A stretch of 64,000 nucleotides of DNA, taken from contig OZ024741.1 in NCBI GenBank assembly GCA_964016885.1, positions 23,870,001 through 23,934,000 on the forward strand, in the 5' to 3' direction. The stretch comes from Eledone cirrhosa. Lineage: Eukaryota. The number at the start of each line of letters is the position of its first letter. The first letter of the stretch is position 1. The position numbers were made by a program, and so were the translations under genes. This document shows positions 1-11,747 of this stretch, piece after piece. The notes under the pieces were generated by a model that saw only the letters and a list, made by a program, of their open reading frames with translations, was not told the DNA's origin and ran no database searches.

Positions 1-228
1 TTCATTGTTGTAGCAAAATATAAAAATGCTTGAACGTTTTCATCAAGTGCCTTCATCGAATACTCAGTATCCATTGCCAATCACATATGATTGATATTGA
101 AGTGCTAGAACAAAGTCATTTTGAAAGTATTGAATCTTTCATACTTCAATATAAATTGCACTGGAGAAGTCATGTTGTAAGAATACTAGATCATCGTATT
201 CTTAAGCAGTTACTGTACAAGGAGTTAG
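1..228 (+). mobile_element. Degraded RTE/BovB-type LINE ORF2 C-terminal fragment
   Basis: Translation KCLHRILSI...EVLEQ...SIESFILQYKLHWRSHVVRILDHRILKQLLYKEL resembles the post-RT RTE motif (LRW.GHV.RM...R.PKQLLYGEL). Confidence 0.7.
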
Positions 229-583
229 TCTCTTTGCCTTCTCTTTCTGTCGGAAATGTGGAAAACAATGTACCTTGGCCGGTGGACCCCAATGTCATTT
301 GATAGCTCACCAAAACAAAACGGGGAACTAAAGTGGAAGTAATGTTCATTATTGTTGCATATGCAGAAAGGAATGTAGATCCTTGGGTTAAAGAGGTATG
401 TTCATTCCACCAGTGTGTGAGAGGGGGATCAGGTGGTGACAATTTTTGAAATCGAGCTGCAGCCATTGCACGTGTGTATTTTTGGTAATTGGATATAGAT
501 AATGCTCTCCAAGTAAATTGTTCCCATTGACACAGACAGTAGCTAAATGTCAACACTGTTGTTCAATTTGCTACTTTTTGTAA

Positions 584-1735
584 CATCATCACCGTTTTAC
601 GTCCGTTCTTCCACGCTAGCATGGGTGAGACAGGTTGTCCTATTGTGGGCAGTGTCTGGTCAGCTGACCATGCCTTGCTCATACAGGAACTGATTTGGCT
701 TGATTTCTACAGCTGGATGCCCTTCCTAACACCAACCTCATTTACAGTGAGTGCTGGGTGCTTTTTCGTGGCGCCTACACGTCCACTTTACAGTGTGGGC
801 TGGGTGCTGTTTTGCCGTGGCACCTCCACGACCACCTTGCGGTGGGGGCATATTGTTTATATGCTTCAGCTTGTACCCATGGGAGGTCGGGTACTCTGTA
901 TTACTGTGTGACGCCAGAGGTCACGGTCGTGTGTCATTGCCTTTGAGAGGTGTAATTGGGTAAGGTCGGCTTTTATCACATCATCCCAGGTCATCTTGGG
1001 TCTCCCCACTCCGCGGTTTCCATCAACTTCTAGTGCTCTGCACCTTTTTATGCAGCTGTCATCCTTCATACGCATCACATGTCCATACCAGCGCAACCGC
1101 CTCTCCTGCACACAGCATTTGATTCTTCTTATGCTCAGTCTCTCTCTCAATTCATTTATGCTTTGTCGTTCACGTATATTACTGTTACACATCCATCGGA
1201 GCATGCAGGCTTCATTTCCCGCTAATCTACGTAAGTCTTCCACCTTCAGCGCCCAGGTCTCACTACCATGCAACATCGCTGTTCGGATACATGTATCATA
1301 CAGTCTGCCTTTCATTCTGAGGGAGAAGCCTTTTGCAGCTAGCAGTGGTAGTAGTTCCCTAAACTTCTTCCATCCCGTTCTTACCCTAGTTATTGTATTT
1401 TCTGAACACCCACCTTCGCTGCTAATTCGGTCACTTAGGTAGCAGAAGCTGTCTACTGTTTCTACAGAGCCCTCCCAGAGATTGGTGGTACTTGTTTCCT
1501 GTGGCTGTCTGCTGCTTGCTGTCCCAGCACAGCTGCTGCATGTGAAGCCTACATTCTTAATTAAGCTTCCTGAGATCCCACTACATCTCTTGTGTACCCA
1601 TTGTTTGCATTTGGGGCAGAGAATGGAGTTCCTACCTACACCTTTCCTACATACTGAGCAAAGCCATTTCCCTGAGGGGATCTGGGTTCTGTTTTCTCGT
1701 CTACTTACAAGGACCTTAGTCTTTGTCATGTTGAC
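584..1735 (-). mobile_element. 5'-truncated RTE-clade LINE (ORF2 C-terminal part with PHD-like finger, 3' UTR, (GAT)n tail)
   Basis: Open frame 866-1729: KTKVL...VDSFCYL.D.IS...AMLHGSETW...MLRWMC...RRLRWYGHVMRM...GRPKMTW. The 3' UTR ends CCCATGCTAGCGTGGAAGAACGGACGTAAAACGGTGATGATG. Confidence 0.92.
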
Positions 1736-1811
1736 ATTTCAATTTTCTATCAGAAGCAACAAAAATGAAAAGAGACTTAGGCCTGTTCTTTCAATATTTC
1801 TACATCCTCCT

Positions 1812-2085
1812 CATCATCATCATCTCCGTTAAACATCCATTTTCCATGCTAGCATGGGTTAGACGAGTTATCTCATTGAGACAAGCCAGGTTGGATGACT
1901 GTGTCTTACTTATACAGAACTAATTTTGGCTTGGTTTCTACATCTGGATGCCCTTCCTAATGCGAACCACATTTACTGTGTGTACTGGGTGCTCTTTGTC
2001 ATGACACCTACACAATCACCTTTCAGTGTGGACTGGGTGCTGTTTGTTGTGACACCAACACACTTTACAGTGTGTACGGGGATTT
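1812..2085 (-). mobile_element. RTE 3' UTR/tail fragment
   Basis: (CAT)n followed by CCATGCTAGCATGGGTTAGAC and GGATGCCCTTCCTAA, homologous to 584-865. Confidence 0.8.
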
Positions 2086-3044
2086 TTTTGGTAGTAATAT
2101 TTAACTGAAGTAAACTACATCATAGACAATTTCAAAATTGTGAACGCTGAACAATGTCTAAATGGTTGAGTATTCCACAGACAGATGTACTTTTATCATA
2201 ATTCTCTGGCAGAATCAGGATGACACAATTTGTAACAAGGCTGAACTGTTGAATTATATGTACAGTCCAATGAGCTTTCACACAGTTTCCATTTACCTAA
2301 TTTCACTCACAAGTTGAGGTTATGGTAAAGATAAAGACACTCGCCCAAGATATCATGCAGTGGGATTGAACCTGTCAAACTTCTTAATCACACAACAATG
2401 CCTGCATCAGCTGACAAGTGAAGCTAAAGAATCCAACAAGGAGCTAAATACAGAGAAATCTGATGACCTGTCTAATTTATACTGCAAAAAAAAAAAAAAA
2501 TCCCCAAGAAAACTTGTTTATGGAAGATTCTGAGCTACTCTTCGGCCTCGACCCCCGCCCCCCCATGGAAGATTCTGAACTGCTCTTACCCCCCCCCCCC
2601 CCTCCATTATTTGGGCTCTGATAGTAAGCTTTGTTGGTTTGTTTCCTTCAATATTGGTTTCCTACTTGTCAGATGTTCACATTTAATTCTACCAAACTAA
2701 TGTGTAGGTTTTTATTTCTTATTTTATTTGATATTATGATTGGTGAACAATAGCATTGTTTATTCCAGGTTATCAAAGGGTCAGCAACATTGACAACAGA
2801 TTGTCTATCTTGACAGAACAAACCACTGGATTTTCTTTGCCAATATATAACTGCAAAAGTTACACACACACACACATGCACCCCACACGCGCGCGTAACC
2901 AAAGTATTTTACTTTGGAAGCTTTGGGGAAATTTGAAATGTATGCATCTCAACACCATAATAGTTACTATAAATAAACGGAATTTGTTTACACTTTCAGC
3001 TACAGGTTTAAAATCTTCTAAAATGACTGAATTGGTGGCTTGCA

Positions 3045-3125
3045 GCTATTTACCATAGTGGTTAATGCACTTGCCCAACATCTCAGAGATGCAAGGTTCA
3101 ATTCCTTGCAGGCGCCGTTCTTTTT
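3045..3125 (+). mobile_element. Degenerate tRNA-derived SINE head or pseudo-tRNA
   Basis: A-box-like ATAGTGGTTA and B-box GGTTCAATTCC with a GCAAGG/CCTTGC stem; no intact cloverleaf. Confidence 0.4.
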
Positions 3126-3732
3126 TCCATCTCTGAGGTACTCTGCCTGATTTTCTCAACTATTATTTATAGTGATATATTATAATGGTTATCGGCATTG
3201 GGATGCACACATTCCAAATATATATATATATCATCATCATCATATATATATACTAGCAGTGGTACCCAACTATACTCAGAAAAAGATTGATTACACTGAA
3301 CAATTTCTTGGAAAATAACTGCAACTGTGCATAAATACATTTGAAAGTGTTTATATTCAATGTGTTTGTATGTCTGTGTTCTTGTAATATAGTTTGGCAA
3401 ATTGACATTGATAAATTAATAGATTGAAATAAGTACTGGGATCGATATGATTATTGAAACAATAAAGATATTGCTCTTGAATGACTGAAACTAAATCAGT
3501 GAAAGTTCTGATTCATTTTTATTGTTCATTTACCACCTCACCATTCTAAACATGAGCAGCATGTAATTAGAGCCTCAGCATTCTATCCAAATACCAGGCC
3601 TCGGTCTTACTAAGGGTCTTTCATGGCGATTGCACATTCAAAACATAACCAGAAAATTACTTCAGCCCTTAACTTGTGATCTTTTAAGAAAAGGTAGCTT
3701 GTCTGATAAAATATAATCAGACAGACGGTCCA

Positions 3733-5916
3733 GTCACTGTCCCACATATACTGTCACTGTCGGACACTCCATCCTCTGTCCCACATATACTGTCACTGTC
3801 AGACACTCCAGCCTCTGTCAAAGATATACTGTCACTGTCAGACACTCCAGCCTCTGTCAAAGATATACTGTCACTGTCAGACACTCCATCCTCTGTCCCA
3901 CATATACTGTCACTGTCAGACACTCCAGCCTCTGTCCCACATGTACTGTCACTGTCAGACACTCCACCTCTGTCCCACATATACTGTCACTGTCAGACAC
4001 TCCTGCCTCTGTCAAAGATATACTGTCACTGTCAGACACTCCAGCCTCTGTCCCACATATACTGTCAGTCAGACACTCCAGCCTCTGTCCCACATATACT
4101 GTCACTGTCAGACACTCCAGCCTCTGTCCCACATATACTGTCAGTCAGACACTCCAGCCTCTGTCCCACATATACTGTCACTGTCAGACACTCCAGCCTT
4201 TGTCCCACATATACTGTCACTGTCAGACACTCCAGCCTCTGTCCCACATATACTGTCACTGTCAGACACTCCAGCCTCTGTCAAAGATATACTGTCACTG
4301 TCAGACACTCCAGCCTCTGTCAAAGATATACTGTCACTGTCAGACACTCCAGCCTCTGTCAAAGATATACTGTTACTGTCAGACACTCCAGCCTTTGTCC
4401 CACATATACTGTCACTGTCAGACACTCCAGCCTCTGTCCTACATATACTGTCACTGTCAGACACTCCAGCCTCTGTCAAAGATATACTGTCACTGTCAGA
4501 CACTCCAGCCTCTGTCCCACATATACTGTCACTGTCAGACACTCCAGCCTCTGTCAAAGATATACTGTCACTGTCAGACACTCCAGCCTCTGTCAAAGAT
4601 ATACTGTCACTGTCAGACACTCCAGCCTCTGTCAAAGATATACTGTCACTGTCAGACACTCCATCCTCTGTCCCACATATACTGTCACTGTCAGACATTC
4701 CAGCCTCTGTCAAAGATATACTGTCACTGTCAGACACTCCAGCCTCTGTCCCACATATACTGTCACTGTCAGACACTCCAGCCTCTGTCCCACATGTACT
4801 GTCACTGTCAGACACTCCACCTCTGTCCCACATATACTGTCACTGTCAGACACTCCAGCCTCTGTCCCACATGTACTGTCACTGTCAGACACTCCACCTC
4901 TGTCCCACATATACTGTCAGTCAGACACTCCAGCCTCTGTCCCACATATACTGTCACTGTCAGACACTCCAGCCTCTGTCCCACATATACTGTCACTGTC
5001 AGACACTCCATCCTCTGTCCCACATATACTGTCACTGTCAGACACTCCACCTCTGTCCCACATATACTGTCACCGTCAGACACTCCAGCCTCTGTCCCAC
5101 ATATACTGTCACTGTCAGAAACTCCAGCCTCTGTCAAAGATATACTGTCACTGTCAGACACTCCAGCCTCTGTCAAAGATATACTGTCACTGTCAGACAC
5201 TCCAGCCTCTGTCCCACATATACTGTCACTGTCAGACACTCCAGCCTCTGTCCCACATATACTGTCACTGTCAGACACTCCAGCCTCTGTCCCACATATA
5301 CTGTCACTGTCAGACACTCCAGCCTCTGTCCCACATATACTGTCACTGTCAGACACTCCATCCTCTGTCCCACATATACTGTCACTGTCAGACACTCCAC
5401 CTCTGTCCCACATATACTGTCACCGTCAGACACTCCAGCCTCTGTCCCACATATACTGTCACTGTCAGAAACTCCAGCCTCTGTCAAAGATATACTGTCA
5501 CTGTCAGACACTCCAGCCTCTGTCAAAGATATACTGTCACTGTCAGACACTCCAGCCTCTGTCCCACATATACTGTCACTGTCAGACACTCCAGCCTCTG
5601 TCCCACATATACTGTCACTGTCAGACACTCCAGCCTCTGTCCCACATATACTGTCACTGTCAGACACTCCAGCCTCTGTCCCACATATACTGTCACTGTC
5701 AGACACTCCAGCCTCTGTCCCACATATACTGTCACTGTCAGACACTCCAGCCTCTGTCAAAGATATACTGTCACTGTCAGACACTCCAGCCTCTGTCAAA
5801 GATATACTGTCACTCACTCCAGCCTCTGTCAAAGATATACTGTTACTGTCAGACACTCCAGCCTCTGTCCCACATATACTGTCACTGTCAGACACTCCAG
5901 CCTCTGTCTCACATAT
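3733..5916. repeat. 39-bp minisatellite, about 56 copies
   Basis: Unit ACTGTCACTGTCAGACACTCCAGCCTCTGTCCCACATAT with a CAAAGATAT variant. It accounts for the 13-aa periodic ORFs. Confidence 0.97.
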
Positions 5917-6155
5917 TCTGTCTCTTCTTCCTGCCTTTTGTACAGATACTACAATGGCCTCTGCTCCTTGGAGCAGGCTGGCATTGCACAGCTTTCACTG
6001 ATATTCCTGCCACATTCGATTCACCTACATTGTGTCCAGTATTCCAGGCCTGATGCTAACCCATATGATCAGTCTTTCCTCCCTATATGTCATTATTCTG
6101 AAATTCATTCCCTGCCAACATCTTTCATGCAGGAGTCAACTTGCAATAATTTCAA
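5890..6155 (+). mobile_element. Degraded CR1/Jockey-group LINE ORF2 C-terminus
   Basis: With one frameshift: TLQPLSH/SVSSSCLLYRYYNGLCSLEQA...YDQSFLP...HSLP, matching the LINE motif LQPLSHRR.V.SL.LFYRYY.G.CS.EL...SF.P....WNSLP. Confidence 0.7.
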
Positions 6156-6643
6156 TTGAACATAAACAATATGTTTCAGAGGTGCTGCAAAGGTCATCAG
6201 TACAGCCCCCTTCTTCCATATCTAACCCCCCCAAAAAAGAAAAAGAAAACAAACATGAAAATTGTTAATTTAAATTTATACCATTTAGTGTATATATATG
6301 TGTGTGCGTATGTCTGTTTGAATGAGAATGTTTGATATTGTATGTGCACTACAGAAATATATTTTCTCTCTTTTTTTTTTAATAAAATAATTTATGTACC
6401 CCCCCCCCCCCCATTTTTCAGATTTCCCCCCTGCTTTTACTCCAACTCTTCCCCACTTATTAAATGTTGCTAATTTATCTCTGCCAAAATTTTATTTTAA
6501 ATGGTAGCATTCCTGTAATAATTTCTTTATACATTAAAAAACATTATACATGACAAAAAAAGTACATTACCAGAAATGAAGCAGAAAGTGAGGAACAAAA
6601 TTTTGTTATATAAAAATGAGAGGAGACATAGAAACCTGTACAA

Positions 6644-6987
6644 CATCATCATCATCATCATCATTTTACGTCCGCTTTTCCCTGCTTGCAAGGGTGGGAC
6701 GAGAACTGATTCTGGCTTGATTTCTACAGCTGGATGCCCTTCCTAACACCAACCTCATTTACAGTGAGTGCTGGGTGCTTTTTTTCCGTGGCGCCTACAC
6801 ATCCACTTTACAGTGGAATGATAGGAACCTCAGTCCCTATCATCTCATTTCTACAGCTGAGTAAACTGGAGCAATGCGAAATAAAGTGTCTTGCTCAAGG
6901 AAACAACACATCACCCGGTCTGAGAATTGAACTCACAACTTTTCGATTGCAAGGCCAATGCTCTAACCACTAAGCCATGTGCCTCCA
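6644..6987 (-). mobile_element. tRNA-derived SINE with RTE-derived 3' tail
   Basis: Minus strand: TGGCTTAGTGG A box, GAGTTCAATTC B box, TCCTTGAGCAAGACAC core, then RTE 3' UTR and (GAT)n tail. Confidence 0.82.
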
Positions 6988-6991
6988 TTAA

Positions 6992-7024
<33 letters not shown>

Positions 7025-7027
<3 letters not shown>

Positions 7028-7540
7028 TCATCATCGTTTAACGTCCATCTTCCACGCTAGCATGGGTCTGGACGGGAATTGTCCCACTTGAGGCAAGATT
7101 GGTTGTCTTGCTCAGGACTGTCTGGCAAGTTTTCTATGGCTGGATGCCCTTCCTAACACCAACCACGTTTAGAGTATGCACTGGGAGGTTTTTACCGTGT
7201 TATCTACACGGCCACATTACAGCGTGGACTGTTTTTTTTTGTCGTGACACCTACACGACCTCATTTATTTAGGACTGGATGTTGTGGTACCAACATAACT
7301 TTACATCGAAAGGGGTGGTGTAGATGGGGGTAGTGGGACGGGGTTGTATTTTGGTTAAGAGGAACCCACTGACTAGGTTTCGCTTTGTACTTAGGCAAGA
7401 CGGGTCTTCTGTATTACTGCGTAGCGCCAAAGATCTCGGTCTAGTGACATTGTCTTGGAGAGGTGTGTGTGAGGTCGGAATTTATCAAGTCGTCCCAGGT
7501 TTTTCTGGGTCTGCCTACTCCGTAGCTCCCGTCTAGTTTG
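7025..7540 (-). mobile_element. RTE LINE 3' end (last ORF2 codons plus UTR)
   Basis: Homologous to 19012-19560; encodes GVGRPRKTWDD on the minus strand; (GAT)n tail abuts an (AT)n run. Confidence 0.85.
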
Positions 7541-7544
7541 ATTG

Positions 7545-8211
7545 TCTATATATATATAAAAAGTTGTAGTTCTTGTCTATTTGTTTGTTTGTTCACGAAC
7601 TCCTCCTATGGTTTTGGAGATAGACCCCCCCCCCCCCCCATAATCATATATATTCTGAACCTACATTGCCCAGGGTACTTGGATAAGTATATTTCATTTT
7701 TATCAAAGGGTTCTCTGGGGACACAAACCCCCACTGAAAATTTTTCCCCTTAGATTTATATGAAATTTAAACCATAGGTAAATGACAAGATATGATGTGT
7801 ATTCACAAAATTTCAGCAAATTTCAAAGATATTCAGACACCCTAATGGGGGTTAAACCCCTATTAGGGTTCTCCGAGGACACAAACCCCCACTGAAAATG
7901 TTTTCCCTTCGATTTATATGAAATTTAAACCATAGGTAAATGACAAGATATGATGCCTATTCTCAAGTTTTGATTTGATATTTAAAAAAAAATTATTTAC
8001 AAGAAACAAAATAAGAATAAGATTTAATAATGTAATTTTGATTTGATATATTACAAAAAATGTTTTCCAATTTTTCATGCATTACATTTTCCATTGAGTA
8101 ATATTGAAATGCAGAGTTTTTCTCCATAAATTATATCACTGATTTAAAATCAATCATTTTCTTACAAAAAAAAATGTGTGAAACGCAGCAAGGCGTGGGT
8201 AATTCGGCTAG
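7545..8211 (+). mobile_element. Non-autonomous Helitron-like element with an internal ~90-bp direct repeat (7707 and 7865)
   Basis: Begins TCTATATATATATAAAAAG...(TTTG)n; ends with a short ACGC/GCGT hairpin and GGCTAG|T. These are typical HelitronN termini. Confidence 0.55.
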
Positions 8212-8512
8212 TATATATATAAAAGATCATGTACTATTACATAATTTCTGTCTAAAAATTCTGCTCACAAGGTGTTGGTCAATAGAAGACTTTTATCCAT
8301 GGTCTTTCATAGTGGGATCAAATTCAGACCCCTGTGGTTGTGAAACAGGTTTCCTAGTCACATAACCATACCTGCACTCTTGGTTAAATTGTTTTTTAAT
8401 TACTTTTGTGGAAATTATTTGTAGAGTTAAATCTTTCGCTCATTAAATTTTTCAATGTAGCCATTTTTTTGCTTTTTTCTTCTTGCTTTAATGTTTTTGG
8501 TTTAACCTTTTC

Positions 8513-9755
8513 ATGATTGTTGTTTCACGTTTCTTGCTAGTCATCGTTTCACGTTTCTTCCCAGTCATCATTTCATGTCTTTTCCCAGTCATCATTTCAT
8601 GTCTCTTCCCAGTCATCATTTCACATCTGTCTCTTCCTAGTCATTTCACATCTGTCTCTTCCCAGTCATCATTTCACATCTGTCTCTTCCCAGTCATCAT
8701 TTCACATCTGTCTCTTCCCAGTCATCATTTCACATCTGTCTCTTCCCAGTCATCATTTCACATCTGTCTCTTCCCAGTCATCATTTTACATCTGTCTCTT
8801 CCCAGTCATCATTTTACATCTGTCTCTTCCCAGTCATCATTTCACATCTGTCTCTTCCCAGTCATCATTTCACATCTGTCTCTTCCCAGTCATCATTTCA
8901 CATCTGTCTCTTCCCAGTCATCATTTCACATCTGTCTCTTCCCAGTCATCATTTCACATCTGTCTCTTCCCAGTCATCATTTCACATCTGTCTCTTCCCA
9001 GTCATCATTTCACATCTGTCTCTTCCCAGTCATCATTTCACATCTGTCTCTTCCCAGTCATCATTTCACATCTGTCTCTTCCTAGTCATTTCACATCTGT
9101 CTCTTCCCAGTCATCATTTCACATTTGTCTCTTCCCAGTCATCATTTCACATCTGTTTCTTCCCAGTCATCATTTCACATCTGTTTCTTCCCAGTCATCA
9201 TTTCACATCTGTTTCTTCCCAGTCATCATTTCACATCTGTTTCTTCCCAGTCATCATTTCACGTCTCTTCCCAGTCATCATTTCACGTCTCTTGCCAGTC
9301 ATCGTTTCACGTCTCTTGCCAGTCATCGTTTCACGTCTCTTGCCAGTCATCGTTTCACGTCTCTTGCCAGTCATCGTTTCACGTCTCTTGCCAGTCATCG
9401 TTTCACGTCTCTTGCCAGTCATCGTTTCACGTCTCTTGCCAGTCATCGTTTCACGTCTCTTGCCAGTCATCGTTTCACGTCTCTTCCCAGTCATCGTTTC
9501 ACGTCTCTTCCCAGTCATCGTTTCACGTTTCTTTCCTGTCATCGTTTCACGTTTCTTTCCTGTCATCGTTTCACGTTTCTTCCCAGTCATTGTTTCATGT
9601 TTCTTCCCTGTCATCGTTTCACGTTTCTTCCCAGTCATCGTTTCACGTTTCTTCCCAGTCATCGTTTCACGTTTCTTCCCAGTCATCGTTTCACGTTTCT
9701 TCCCAGTCATCGTTTCACGTTTCTTCCCAGTCATCGTTTCACGTCTGTCTCTTCC
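8513..9755. repeat. Compound minisatellite: 28-bp unit (about 8600-9250) grading into a 24-bp unit
   Basis: CCCAGTCATCATTTCACATCTGTCTCTT repeats, then CCAGTCATCGTTTCACGTCTCTTG and related variants. Confidence 0.95.
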
Positions 9756-10539
9756 ATGCTGGTATGGGTTTATCATATTTCTAGTGAAAGACATTACTTA
9801 TGTTTTTCAATTTTGAAAAGAATAATTTGAAAAAATTTTGGTAAAATAGCTTTTTCATTATTTATCTGGTGTTTGGAACATAACATAGAATGATGATGAA
9901 AAGTATTTAGATGAATATAAACATGTTAAAACAGTTTTGTATCCTGGAACTGTGGGTGGTTTCAGGTGGATAGGTATCAAAAGTATTAAATTTTGATGAG
10001 TAAGTTTCATAACACTTATATTGTTGCTTGCCATTAGTACTTAAATTAGGTTGTAAAGTTAGTCATGTGAAGTCAGTCAATTAGTGTCTGTAGAAGTATA
10101 GTCTGTGTAAATGTAAAAATACTTGCTGTAGTTTTCTCTTTTTTTTTTTTTTTAAAAGATTGTGCATTGTTATTCTTAGTAATAGTGCAAGATTAGATTA
10201 TGATTAATTTTGTAGTTAATTACTTAGCTGTATTAAGTATGACTTTGTGCACTTGAACTTACAAATGTTTGACGAGTAAAGCTTAACTAATTAGCTATAA
10301 TCTTCACAACAGATGTATACAAAACTTGTTAGAATGACTGCTCAATTAATTCTAGCAACATTTCCCCATATGTTCTGTTGAATGTCTCATGAGAAAGGTG
10401 TGTGTAGGTGTTGACATGTAAATATTAACAGTTTATACTATCCCTACCTCATTGATATAAGCCCCGGCAGAATCCTAAATGCAAACTACTTCATGGTCCC
10501 AGCAAACAGAAGAGAGGAATTGTTGCCCAGAAGCATGGA

Positions 10540-10635
10540 TGATTGAGAAACTGAGTATAACAGGAATCCAATATAGTGTGCAAAACAGAAGACTGCACTA
10601 GTATGGTCATGTGATGTGTATGGATGATGACCATT
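10540..10635 (+). mobile_element. Small degraded RTE ORF2 fragment
   Basis: EKLSITGIQYSVQNRRLH*YGHVMCMDDD, homologous to the RRLRWYGHVMRM region of the 866-1729 frame. Confidence 0.65.
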
Positions 10636-11702
10636 GGTTGAAGAAATTGCCATATCTCTCGGATACCAGCTAAATGCTTTAATAATTAAGCTAAAGGACC
10701 ATGACAACCTTTTAAGGGTCTTCACCCTATTTTATAAGCTGTTTTATAGCACTTGAGCACATCATCCTTTACATATATTTATATATATTCTCAGCACTTA
10801 AAAGTCCAAAAATTTGGTTTAAGTACAAAATTATAATTATTTCATTTAAATATTAATCTATGATAAAATAAAGAAATGAGGACCCCCCCCCTCCAAAAAA
10901 AAAAAGGTAGCTTCTCTGATATCTTATGTCCCAGTTGAAGATAATATAACATAACTTACACAAAATAATTGTTTATAATGAAAAAAGAAACATCTATATT
11001 TTGTTTCTTTTTCTTTGCTATGTGAATATTCAAGTATCACATATAAAATTATCAAAATAAACTTCTGCATTTAAGAATAAACATATCCTGTTTAGAAAAG
11101 ATATGTGACTGAAAATAGAAACATTTTGACAGAGTAACTTTGTAACACAAATCTGACCATTAGAAGATCTGTCATTATTGGTTGATAGGAGAGGTTTGTT
11201 TTTAGCCAAAGATAAACTCATCAAGTAGCAAAGGGTGTAACCTATAAGTGTTGTGTGTGTGTGTTTGTGTGTTTGTGTATATATATATATATATGAGAGA
11301 GAGAGGGGTCACAGCTAAACTTGATAAAAATTTAAGAAGAAACGGGCTGTGTAGTTGCTGGATAAGGTGTACTTATAAATAAGAGGAAAGCACAAACGGG
11401 AGACAATTTTCCTTCATCAGTTGTCTGCTGGGGATCATAGATATTTCTACGCATTAAAGACAAGATATCTAACCCCAGTGCGTCAATATCTAAAGGAAGT
11501 TATTGGGGAAAAAAAGGCAGAGAGAGAGAAAATATATAACAGAAAGGAAAAGGAAAAAAAAAAAAAACTGAAAAAAAAATCGGGAAACAACAAACCGAAG
11601 AGAGAAACCCGAAGCACGTGTGTGAGCAACTCGAAGAGAGAGAAAAAAAAAATTAAAGTCAACATCAACTACTGAACTTAAGTCAGGGGCTGTGTGGATG
11701 AG

Positions 11703-11747
<45 letters not shown>

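Noticed and set aside
3717-6053. 686-aa and 617-aa repetitive ORFs (SDTPASVPHILSL; CHCQTLQPLSHIY) resembling mucin, Ser-Asp or metal-binding proteins
   Set aside because: A 39-bp unit is open in several frames on both strands, and indels switch frames freely, as expected for non-coding minisatellite.
8513-9830. Repetitive ORFs (SSQSSFHV; RETMTGKK)
   Set aside because: Products of the 24/28-bp minisatellite.
11290-11700. Mildly CpG-containing, purine-rich stretch as CAPZB promoter or exon 1, and a Lys-rich 84-aa ORF
   Set aside because: No ATG|GT donor or recognisable core promoter; the ORF comes from poly-A runs.
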